A stretch of DNA of 64,000 nt, taken from positions 10,487 through 74,486 of the forward strand of contig CAZJDY010000013.1 in assembly GCA_964544915.1 (NCBI GenBank). Reading direction: 5' to 3'. The notes under the pieces are model-generated. The model did not search any database. It was not told the origin of the DNA and saw nothing but the letters and a program-made list of their open reading frames with translations. This DNA comes from an uncultured Methanomassiliicoccaceae archaeon. GTDB taxonomy: Archaea; Thermoplasmatota; Thermoplasmata; Methanomassiliicoccales; JACIVX01. Positions 54,489 through 62,915 of the stretch are shown one piece after another (position 1 is the stretch's first letter; every line of letters begins with the position of its first letter). The position numbers and the translations under genes are program-made.

Positions 54489-55082
54489 TTGGGAATGCTC
54501 AAGATGGAAGATATAGTCGGCCTTGAGGTCATAAGCGCCGATGCAAGGGTCGTAGGCATTGTGGAAGGCATCGGCATAGACGTCGAGGAATGGAAGATTC
54601 CCGCGCTGAGGATCGGGCTAAAGAAGGGAGTCGAGGAAGCGATCGGCGTGAAGAAGCCGCTGTTCAGCTCCGCCAAGCTGCATCTGAAGACGGACGGGGT
54701 CGAGTCGATATCGGACACGATCACTCTGACCATGAATCTAGCAGAGGTCAAATCCTTGGCCGTCGAGGAGGGCATGGTGTTGATGACGGCCGCGGACGTC
54801 GTCGGGAAGAGAGTCATATGCAAGAAGGCGCGACAGATCGGAGTCGCGGACAATATCATATTCACGCCGGACAAAGAGTGGAATGTGCCTTACATCGAGG
54901 TGAAGCTGGACAAGGCCGCGGTGGACGACCTGAATGTCAAGAAACCGTTGCTCTCCAGCCCGATAGTCCGTCTGCAGACTTCGGACGTGAAGACCATCGG
55001 CGACATGATCATGCTGAAGATCGACATCGACGAGCTCAGGGACTTTCTCGAAAAGAAGCCTGTCATAAGGAAGGTGCCCTGA
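54489..55082 (+). CDS. Tandem PRC-barrel domain protein
   Basis: 197 aa. Two repeats each with (V/A)(I/V)G..V......(I/V)G.V... and a 'W.(I/V)P...(I/V)' block (EEWKIPALRIGL, KEWNVPYIEVKL). Confidence 0.7.
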   Translation: MGMLKMEDIVGLEVISADARVVGIVEGIGIDVEEWKIPALRIGLKKGVEEAIGVKKPLFSSAKLHLKTDGVESISDTITLTMNLAEVKSLAVEEGMVLMTAADVVGKRVICKKARQIGVADNIIFTPDKEWNVPYIEVKLDKAAVDDLNVKKPLLSSPIVRLQTSDVKTIGDMIMLKIDIDELRDFLEKKPVIRKVP

Positions 55083-55274
55083 GACGGCTGTTGTTTAGGC
55101 GCTTCCGGACCGGACTTGTCCTCGGCCCGATTACTCTTTCTTGTCAACGGACTACCCTCAGCCCGGATGCCCATGGCGATGCTTGCGGACGCCGCTCGGG
55201 TGCGAGCACTGTATCGACGCAAACAATTAACTCGCTCGTTCGCATTGCCACCCATCACGCGCGAGTGAGTATCG

Positions 55275-56198
55275 ATGATCGAGGCGTTGGAGCTAACAAG
55301 GCACTTCAAGGATGTCACTGCGGTCGAGGACCTCACGCTGAAGGTGAATGACGGCGAAGTCTTCGGGTTCATAGGCCCGAACGGCGCGGGAAAGACGACG
55401 ACAGTGAGGATGCTTTGTTGTTTGATCAATCCGTCGAGAGGGACCGCCTACGTCAATGGCCTCGACATAACCCAGCCGGCCGACCGGATCAGAATAAGGG
55501 GCATGATAGGTCTCCTGCCAGAGACCCCTGGTCTCTACGAGTCACTGAGCGCGCAGAGGAACCTGGACTTCTTCGCTCAGCTTTACGGCATCCAAAAAGA
55601 AGAAAGGGATAGGCGGATCAAAGCCCTCCTGACAGCTCTTGAAGTATGGGACCGGAGGAACGATCCCGTCGCGAAGTTCTCGAAGGGGATGAAGCAGAAG
55701 ATCGCCATCGCCAGGGCGCTCGTGCACAAACCTTCGTTCCTGTTCTTGGACGAGCCCACCTCAGGTCTAGACCCCCAGGCATCGTTGACCGTCCGCAACT
55801 ATCTCATGGACCTCAAGAAGGAGGGAATAACGATATTCCTCAACACTCACAACCTCGACGAGGCGGAGAGGTTGTGCGACCGAATAGGGGTCATCCAGAA
55901 GAAGCTGCTCGCCGTCGGATCACCCGAAGAGCTGTCGAGCAAGTTCTGGGGGAAGACCACCGTCATACAGTTGCGCTCCGCGACAACGCAAATGGTCCAT
56001 GCGGTAGAATCAATACCGTCGGTCAGGAGGGTAAGTCTTAGCGGGGGGAAGCTCCTAGTGGAACTTGAACACCCGGACCGGGACAATCCATTGGTCGTCA
56101 AGACGCTCGTCGAGAACGGCGCTCAGATCGAGTTCGTGAACGAACTGAAGCACGGTCTCGAGGACATCTATCTCAGACTGATCGGAGGCCCGAAATGA
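55275..56198 (+). CDS. ABC transporter ATP-binding protein (ABC-2/NatA-like exporter)
   Basis: Walker A GPNGAGKTTT, signature FSKGMKQKIAIARAL, Walker B FLFLDEPTSGLD. Confidence 0.9.
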   Translation: MIEALELTRHFKDVTAVEDLTLKVNDGEVFGFIGPNGAGKTTTVRMLCCLINPSRGTAYVNGLDITQPADRIRIRGMIGLLPETPGLYESLSAQRNLDFFAQLYGIQKEERDRRIKALLTALEVWDRRNDPVAKFSKGMKQKIAIARALVHKPSFLFLDEPTSGLDPQASLTVRNYLMDLKKEGITIFLNTHNLDEAERLCDRIGVIQKKLLAVGSPEELSSKFWGKTTVIQLRSATTQMVHAVESIPSVRRVSLSGGKLLVELEHPDRDNPLVVKTLVENGAQIEFVNELKHGLEDIYLRLIGGPK

Positions 56199-57223
56199 GG
56201 TTTGACAAGATCTGGATCGTCGCTAGGAAGGACATTTCCGAGTTCAAGACGAACAGATACATCATCTTCTCCCTCGTCCTGATGCCCCTGGTCATGGCGT
56301 TCATCATGCCCATCGTCTACCTCGTTCCTTTCACGATGCTCGCCGGGGAATCCCAAGATATCCCGTTGGACCTTCATCTCAACATGACGAACTACGCCTC
56401 TGGTTCGGATATCAAGAATATGACGGTCTTCGATACCAAGTTCGTCGGCAGCAATCTAACGAACGTGTTCGCTCAGGGCTGCATTTTCGACAACTGCAGC
56501 TTGACCGACGCGCTTGTCCGAGATTCATCGATCGTGAATACGACGATAGGCAACTCCTACGTCATCCATAGCAACATCGAGGGAAGCCCGAGGGTCGGTT
56601 CCGTGCTCAGTGGATGCGTGATCATCGGCGAGACCAGCGAGGTCGAGCAGCTTCTCTCGGTGTTCATTAACTCGCTCCTCATATTCTTCATATTGATCCC
56701 CGCGATGATACCGACGATCATCGCCTCGTACAGCTTCGTCGGGGAAAAGCTGAACCGAAGCCTTGAGCCATTGCTCGCCACGCCCACGACCGACATGGAG
56801 CTTCTCGCGGGAAAGTCCCTCTCGATATTCCTACCAAGCATGGCCGCCACCTGGCTCAGCCTCATCCCGTTCGTCATACTCGTGGACGTCATCGCCGGGC
56901 CGGTGATCGGGTACTATCCTCTGCCGAACCTGATATGGATTGTCGGAGCTTTCATTCTCGCCCCGCTCTTCTGCCTGTTGAGCATCTCCACCAACGTCCT
57001 TGTGTCGTCGAGGGTCAACGACGTGAGGGCGTCGCAGCAGATTGGCAGCCTCATAGTGCTCCCGCTCGTCGTTTTCTTCATAATAGTGATCGCGGGATTC
57101 ATCACCCTAGATCTGGTCTACATGGTCGCCTTCTCCTTGGTGATCGGTTTCGTCGACGCGGCTGTCGTCTATCTCAGCCTGAAGGTTTTCAGTAGGGAAG
57201 AGATACTGGTAAGGTGGAAGTAG
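56195..57223 (+). CDS. ABC-2 type permease (NatB-like) with a pentapeptide-repeat extracytoplasmic loop
   Basis: 342 aa. TM1, then a ~110-residue loop containing 12 consecutive 5-residue repeats (SNLTN VFAQG CIFDN CSLTD ALVRD SSIVN TTIGN SYVIH SNIEG SPRVG SVLSG CVIIG), then about 5 TM segments. Its start overlaps the ATPase stop. Confidence 0.8.
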   Translation: MRFDKIWIVARKDISEFKTNRYIIFSLVLMPLVMAFIMPIVYLVPFTMLAGESQDIPLDLHLNMTNYASGSDIKNMTVFDTKFVGSNLTNVFAQGCIFDNCSLTDALVRDSSIVNTTIGNSYVIHSNIEGSPRVGSVLSGCVIIGETSEVEQLLSVFINSLLIFFILIPAMIPTIIASYSFVGEKLNRSLEPLLATPTTDMELLAGKSLSIFLPSMAATWLSLIPFVILVDVIAGPVIGYYPLPNLIWIVGAFILAPLFCLLSISTNVLVSSRVNDVRASQQIGSLIVLPLVVFFIIVIAGFITLDLVYMVAFSLVIGFVDAAVVYLSLKVFSREEILVRWK

Positions 57224-57312
57224 TCTCGAGAACCGAACGCTTGCGTCACTGGACATATGGCGCGTTCCCTGAGTCGAGAAGATGAAAGAATGAGGTAAAA
57301 GGTTTGTCTCTC

Positions 57313-58407
57313 TTACTCGGTCTTCCACTTCGAGAACACAACCCCGGCGATGAAGAGCACGATGGTGAATCCTGCCACGACCAGCATGTTGCTTGTCGCC
57401 GAGGCGATGTTGTCGTATACCATCGAATCTCGGAGAGCGTTCCCCACGTAGGTTAGCGGAAGGACGTTCGCGACCGCCGCCAGCCAAGATGGGAACATCG
57501 AGAGCGGGAAGAAGATCCCCGCTAGGAACATCATCGGGAATGTTATCGCGTTCGCCGCGGCCGACGCCCCCTCCTCCTCCTTGATGAACCGGGCGATGAT
57601 CATACCCATCGACGAGAATCCTGCGCTAGACAAAACAATCGTAGCGATCGCCACTAGGTTCAGGGTCATGTGCGTGTTGAATGCCAACATGCCAACAATC
57701 ATTATGATCGCGATGGACAGGAAGACCACGAACAGCTGCCAGAGGATTTGCGACGTGAGCCATTCCATCCTCGTTATCGGCGTGGTGGTGAGCTTCTTGA
57801 AGATGCCGTTGTTGCGGTACCTCGTCATAACCGACACCATCCAAAAGATGGTTGTGGTCATCGTGGTCAGCGCGATAACCCCTGGAATGAAGAAATCGAT
57901 GTATTTGAACCCTGACGATGTGATGTCCGCCCGCCCCATCGTGATCACGTTGCTTCCGTCCGCGAGGACCAGGTTCGCCTGGTTCGCCACCGCGGCTACG
58001 ATGCTGAAGATGACATTCGATGAAGATTGCGACGGATCCATGCGGATAGTCAACTGCGTGGTGTTGTCACCCGCGCCTGGAACGAACGCCATCTGGAAGT
58101 TGGCTGGTACGATGAGGACCGCGCTCAAGGATTTGTCCTTGATGTATTGGTCCAGGTTCGCCTGCTTATCGATGTACTTGAGGTTCACGGAACCTGTCTG
58201 ATTCACGGCCTCCAGGAACTGGTGGGACGCCTGAGAATCGGACAGGTCCTGCACATAGAGGTCATAGGTGCCGCCGCTGGCGCTGAAGATCGCTCCGAAC
58301 AGCAATATGAGGAGCAGCGGGAACGCTATCGTCCAGAACATCGTGCTCTTGTTGCGATAGAAGCCCTTGGCTTCGCCTTTCAAAGCGACGATTATTCGGT
58401 TCGCCAT
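57313..58407 (-). CDS. ABC-2 type transporter permease
   Basis: 364 aa. N-terminal TM, a large loop, then 5 C-terminal TM segments. Immediately follows its ATPase gene. Confidence 0.85.
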   Translation of the reverse strand: MANRIIVALKGEAKGFYRNKSTMFWTIAFPLLLILLFGAIFSASGGTYDLYVQDLSDSQASHQFLEAVNQTGSVNLKYIDKQANLDQYIKDKSLSAVLIVPANFQMAFVPGAGDNTTQLTIRMDPSQSSSNVIFSIVAAVANQANLVLADGSNVITMGRADITSSGFKYIDFFIPGVIALTTMTTTIFWMVSVMTRYRNNGIFKKLTTTPITRMEWLTSQILWQLFVVFLSIAIIMIVGMLAFNTHMTLNLVAIATIVLSSAGFSSMGMIIARFIKEEEGASAAANAITFPMMFLAGIFFPLSMFPSWLAAVANVLPLTYVGNALRDSMVYDNIASATSNMLVVAGFTIVLFIAGVVFSKWKTE

Positions 58408-59376
58408 TTACTCCGCCCCCTTCCTGCCTCTCCTTCTCTTCTTGCCCTTGATGGGTTCGTTCTCCCCTCCCACGAGCTTCTTGCCCGTAAGACTGAGGAA
58501 GACATCTTCGAGCGTTGGCCGGGTGACCTGTATCTGCTCGTAGTTACCGCCAGACCGATCGAGGGAGTAAATGACCTCGGGCAACGAGTTTCTCGATTCC
58601 AGCCTGATGATGATATCGCCGTTGTTCTTCTCTGCCGAGGGCCATTGACCTTGGATGGCGGTTATGCACTTTTCGTCGCATTTGGAGATGATGCACTTGC
58701 TTCCAGTGCCATGCTTGTCCACTATCTCTCTCGGTGTGCCGAAAGCGATGAACTTGCCATGATCGATGATACCCACACGATCCGAGAGCACCTCCGCCTC
58801 CTCCATGTAGTGCGTGGTGAGGATCACGGTCTTCCCCTTTGCCTTAAGAGATTGAATGACGCCCCACACGTCCCTCCTCGCCTTGGGGTCAAGACCGGTC
58901 GTTGGCTCGTCCAGGAAAACGATTTCGGGGTCGTTGACCATGGAGATGGCCACGCCGACCCTTTGCTTCAATCCCCCGGAAAGGTTCTTGAAATACTCAT
59001 CCCTCTTCTCCTTTAGGTCCACGGTATCAATCAATTCCTCGGAGTCGATGCTCTTGTCGTACATGCCGCCGAAGAACTCGATGTTCTCCTTGACAGTGAG
59101 AAGGTCGAACGCGTTGAAGTCCTGAGGTAGCACACCAATCCTCCTCTTTATCCTGATCGCGTCCCTGTTGATGTCCATGCCCAGCACTTTCACGTCTCCG
59201 GACGTGAGCGGCCTGAGACATTCGAGAATCTCGACGGTCGTTGTTTTTCCGGCCCCATTGGGGCCCAATAATGAGAACACTTCCCCCGCGTTGACACTGA
59301 AACTGATCTTGTCGACCGCCTTGAGATCCCCGTACGCCTTGAACAGGTCGTGAACCTCGATTACCGCCTCAGAGAT
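58408..59376 (-). CDS. ABC transporter ATP-binding protein (start codon unresolved)
   Basis: Walker A GPNGAGKTTT, signature LSGGLKQRVGVAIS, Walker B VFLDEPTTGLD. The first GTG (59280) lies just before the Walker A motif. The conserved N-terminal strand AVIEVHDLFKAYGDLKAVDKISFSVNAGE is encoded in-frame upstream with no ATG/GTG/TTG. 59376 is an ATC, given only as a placeholder. Confidence 0.8.
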   Translation of the reverse strand: MSEAVIEVHDLFKAYGDLKAVDKISFSVNAGEVFSLLGPNGAGKTTTVEILECLRPLTSGDVKVLGMDINRDAIRIKRRIGVLPQDFNAFDLLTVKENIEFFGGMYDKSIDSEELIDTVDLKEKRDEYFKNLSGGLKQRVGVAISMVNDPEIVFLDEPTTGLDPKARRDVWGVIQSLKAKGKTVILTTHYMEEAEVLSDRVGIIDHGKFIAFGTPREIVDKHGTGSKCIISKCDEKCITAIQGQWPSAEKNNGDIIIRLESRNSLPEVIYSLDRSGGNYEQIQVTRPTLEDVFLSLTGKKLVGGENEPIKGKKRRRGRKGAE

Positions 59377-59587
59377 GTTCTCACTCTCCCTCTGGTGATT
59401 TTACGGGCAACCACACGTGAGAACGGATATAATAGTTCTCCCACAGGAAGTGCGCCCGACTCTCGCTTCAAAGTGTGATATTCCGTAACATTATCGAGAT
59501 GTTTAGCTAAGCATATCCCAGAAAAGGCATCCGAAGGCATGCTTCGGGTTCGATTTTCGCAACTATCTTAAGTACGGAGGTCCTACT

Positions 59588-61340
59588 ATGATAAGGGGGT
59601 GTTATTCTGACATCCAAAATTCTGAGAGTAGATATGAATGAGCTCAAGGTCAGTTGCGAGGACGTTCCCGAGAGGTGGAAGGACCTCGGGGGCCGAGCGC
59701 TGACCTCGACGATCGTGGCAGAGGAAGTGCCACCCACATGCCATCCGCTAGGACCCAGCAACAAGCTGGTGTTCGCTCCCGGCATTGTGACGGGAACGAA
59801 CGCGCCGACTTCGGGCCGACTTTCGGTCGGAGGAAAATCCCCTCTTACGGGCGGGATAAAGGAAGCGAATGCGGGGACGAACTTCTCGCAGAAGCTGGCC
59901 AGAGCAGGCATCAAGGCGATAATCGTTCAGGGACAGAGGAAGGACAAGTACTACCTGCTCAACATCGCAAAGGGCAAGAGGGAACTCATCGACGCGACTC
60001 CTTGGGCTGGAAGGGGCCTTTACGAGGCCTTCGCGCAGCTGAGGGAGAAGTTCGGCAAGGACGCTGCTATAAGTGGTACTGGGATAGCGGGTGAGCTCGG
60101 AGGGGCCGCTGCCGGGATCGCCTTCAACGACATCGAGGGATTGTCGAGCAGGTATGCGGGAAGAGGGGGACTGGGTGCGGTGATGGCTACCCGGGGCCTG
60201 AAGTTCATCGTCGTCAACGATGAAGGAGGCCCTGGAGTCGAGATTCACGACAAGGAACTATTCAAGCATGGCACGAAGAAGCTCACCTCGGCGCTGACGA
60301 CGCACGGTGTCACCAAGCCGGGCGGGACTCTGAACACCTACGGTACTGACGCATTGATCAACGTGATAAACGAGGCGGGCGCGCTTCCGCACAGGAACTT
60401 CTCCTCGGGATACAATGAGCTAGCTCCTCTGGTGTCGGGAGAGAAGAAAGCGGAGACAATCAAGAAGAGGGGCGGCGAGAGGCCGCACATGTGCAGCCCC
60501 GGTTGCATCATTCAGTGCTCTGAGGTCTGGGTCAAGGAGGGCGGTAAGGACCCGGTCGGCGTGCTGGAGTACGAGTCGGTCTGGGCGCTCGGACCTAACT
60601 GCGGCATATACAACCTGGACGACGTCGGGGAGCTGAACCGCGCTTGCAATGACCTCGGACTCGACACGATTGAGGTCGGGGACACCTTGGCTGTCGCGAT
60701 GGAGGGAGGATTGGCGAACTTCGGCGATGGCAAGAAGGCGCTGGAGATGCTCGACGAGGTCAGGAAGAAGACCCCGCTCGGTAGAATCCTGGCGAACGGA
60801 ACCGAATTCACCGGCAAGGCTTTCGGCGTGACGAGGATTCCGACCTCCAAGGGCCAGGGAATGCCAGCCTACGATCCGAGGCCGATTAAGGGCATCGGTG
60901 TGACTTACATGACGACGCCGATGGGCGCCGACCATACGGCAGGTTACGCGATCGCACCGGAGATACTCGGCGTCGGAGGCAAGGCCGATCCGCTGGACAC
61001 GAAGAAGGCCGATCTGTCGAGGGGATTGCAGCAGGCCACCGCTCTCATCGATTCGAGCGGGTACTGTCTATTCATCGCCTTCGCTATTCTGGACATCCCG
61101 GAGGGTCTGGAGGGAATGGTCGAATCCTGCAATGGTGTCCTAGGGACTAAGTGGACGGTGGGCGATGCCGTAAGCTATGGCGCCAAGGTGCTCGATATCG
61201 AGAGGAAGTTCAACAAGGCCGCAGGGCTCACGAAGGCCCACGACAGGCCGCCGGAGTTCATGCGGACCGAGGCGCTTCCGCCGAAGAACGTCGTCTTTGA
61301 CGTGTCGGACGCGGAGTTGGACAGGGTCTTTCCCGATTAG
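59588..61340 (+). CDS. aor: Tungsten-containing aldehyde:ferredoxin oxidoreductase (AOR family); N-terminus split by a G5-run frameshift
   Basis: LGGRALTSTIV, SGRLSVGGKSPLTGG, CSPGCIIQC (Fe-S ligands) and MGADHTAGY. The conserved ILRVD N-terminal strand lies upstream of the first in-frame ATG (59634). SD plus ATG 59588 join it if one G of 59595-59599 is removed. Confidence 0.88.
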
Positions 61341-61405
61341 GAGCGGGGCGACGTCCGAAACCCTTTTCCTTTCCATTTCTATAGGTGCTCTTTAGAAGAT
61401 GAGAC

Positions 61406-61684
61406 ATGATGGTCAGAGTCAAGATGTTCGCGACCCTGCAGGATATCTCCAGGACCGGGGAAGTCAACCTCGAGGCAGATACGGTCATGTCCGTTCTGGA
61501 GAAGCTCGTGACCAGGTTCGAGAAGTTGAAGCCGGAGATATTCGAGGACTATCGTCAAAGGCAGCTCAAGGACAAGATCAAGGTCATGGTCAACGGCACC
61601 AATATAGACTACCTAGCCGGATTGGGGACGAAGCTCAACGAGGGAGACAGGGTGGCGGTGTTCCCTGTCCTCGCTGGTGGATGA
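61406..61684 (+). CDS. moaD: MoaD/ThiS/SAMP-type ubiquitin-like beta-grasp protein ending in Gly-Gly
   Basis: 92 aa. MMVRVKMFATL...GDRVAVFPVLAGG-stop, with a free C-terminal diglycine. Confidence 0.8.
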   Translation: MMVRVKMFATLQDISRTGEVNLEADTVMSVLEKLVTRFEKLKPEIFEDYRQRQLKDKIKVMVNGTNIDYLAGLGTKLNEGDRVAVFPVLAGG

Positions 61685-61697
61685 GGAGAGTGGAGAA

Positions 61698-61976
61698 ATG
61701 ACGGTGAATGTCAAGCTGTTTGGAACATTGAGGAATAGAGCACCGGGCACGGACGTGACCGGCATAGTCGGGATCTTGGAGCTAGACGGGGGAAGAGTCA
61801 AGAGTATTTCCGACATTCTCGAGCTTCTAGATCTTCGGGAGGATGAGGTCAGTCATCTGTTCGTGAACAACGATTACTCGGGGCCAAGAAGGACAATCTC
61901 GGACGGGGACGCGGTCTCTATCTTCCCAAGGGACATGGCCCTGCTGTACAAGTGGTATTTCAGCAAGAAGCAGTAG
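61698..61976 (+). CDS. MoaD/ThiS-like beta-grasp paralogue lacking the C-terminal diglycine
   Basis: 92 aa. MTVNVKLFGTLRNR...SDGDAVSIFP followed by RDMALLYKWYFSKKQ instead of xxGG. GGAG-rich SD upstream of ATG 61698. Confidence 0.65.
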   Translation: MTVNVKLFGTLRNRAPGTDVTGIVGILELDGGRVKSISDILELLDLREDEVSHLFVNNDYSGPRRTISDGDAVSIFPRDMALLYKWYFSKKQ

Positions 61977-62145
61977 CGGGATCTTGCCGAGAGGTTCGTT
62001 TCGAGAACATGACAGAAGCTTTCCTCGATATCACAGCGAGCTTCGTAGGCTCAATGTTCGTTCTTCTCTGGAAACCTTTTTTGCTATCCTCTTGCATCCG
62101 ATAACAACAACAAGTGCGATCGAGGTTGGCGCGGGGGCGGTCGAA

Positions 62146-62910
62146 TTGAAAACCGGCGGGTTGTCGTCTCGAGAAGTGGAGAGGTACTCGAGGCAGATGA
62201 TGGTCGAAGGAATCGGAGAAAGCGGACAGAGGAAGTTGTCAAACGCCACGGTAGCGGTGATGGGAATTGGAGGCCTCGGGTCTCCGGCTACGATATACCT
62301 GGCCGCGGCTGGAGTCGGCAAGATTGTACTCGTGGACTATCAGGCCCCGGACATATCCAATCTCAACCGCCAGGTCCTTCACTGGGAGCGCGACGTGAAT
62401 GAGGGGAAGTCGAAGGTCGAGTCCGCCGCGTGGAAGGCCAGGGAGTTCAATTCAGACGTAGAGATAGTGCCGAAGAAGATCAAGGTCACGGAGGAGAACA
62501 TCGGGGGTGTCTTCGCGGACGTGGACGTTATCCTCGACTGCCTGGACGATTTCTCGCCGCGCTACCTCCTGAACGATTTCTGCGTGCGGGAGGACGTGCC
62601 GTTCGTGCACGCGGCGGTGGAGGGGTTCAATGGTCAGATAACGACGATCGTGCCTGGCAAGACCCCGTGCCTGAAGTGCCTGTTCCCGGTCAAGCCGCCG
62701 AAGAAGGCCGTCTTCCCGATAGCCGGCGTAACGGCGGGGGTTTTCGGGGTGTTGGAGGTGGCGGAGGCGTTCAAATTGATAACTGGCATAGGCGAACCTC
62801 TCCTGTCGAAGCTGATGGTAGGTGACCTCCTCTACAATTATTGGGAAACAATAGAAATATGCAGGATCGACACCTGCATGGTCTGCGGTCACGCGCGGCA
62901 GGAAAAGTGA
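62146..62910 (+). CDS. ThiF/MoeB/UbaA-family E1-like adenylyltransferase
   Basis: RYSRQMM, VMGIGGLGSPATIYLAAAGVGKIVLVD, SNLNRQ, and zinc-site pairs CLKC and CMVCG. Start placed at TTG 62146; the ORF-track start 61984 adds 54 implausible residues. Confidence 0.8.
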   Translation: MKTGGLSSREVERYSRQMMVEGIGESGQRKLSNATVAVMGIGGLGSPATIYLAAAGVGKIVLVDYQAPDISNLNRQVLHWERDVNEGKSKVESAAWKAREFNSDVEIVPKKIKVTEENIGGVFADVDVILDCLDDFSPRYLLNDFCVREDVPFVHAAVEGFNGQITTIVPGKTPCLKCLFPVKPPKKAVFPIAGVTAGVFGVLEVAEAFKLITGIGEPLLSKLMVGDLLYNYWETIEICRIDTCMVCGHARQEK

Positions 62911-62915
62911 TTAGC

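Noticed and set aside
58027-59016. 329-aa plus-strand ORF. Similar long antisense ORFs occur at 19676-20626, 23448-24203, 27911-28594, 43938-44609 and 48374-49066.
   Set aside because: All lie opposite or out of frame to genes with strong motif support (ABC ATPase, MFS, HMGL-like synthase, CbiM, Ugd, HdrA). All have biased Arg/Gly/Pro composition.
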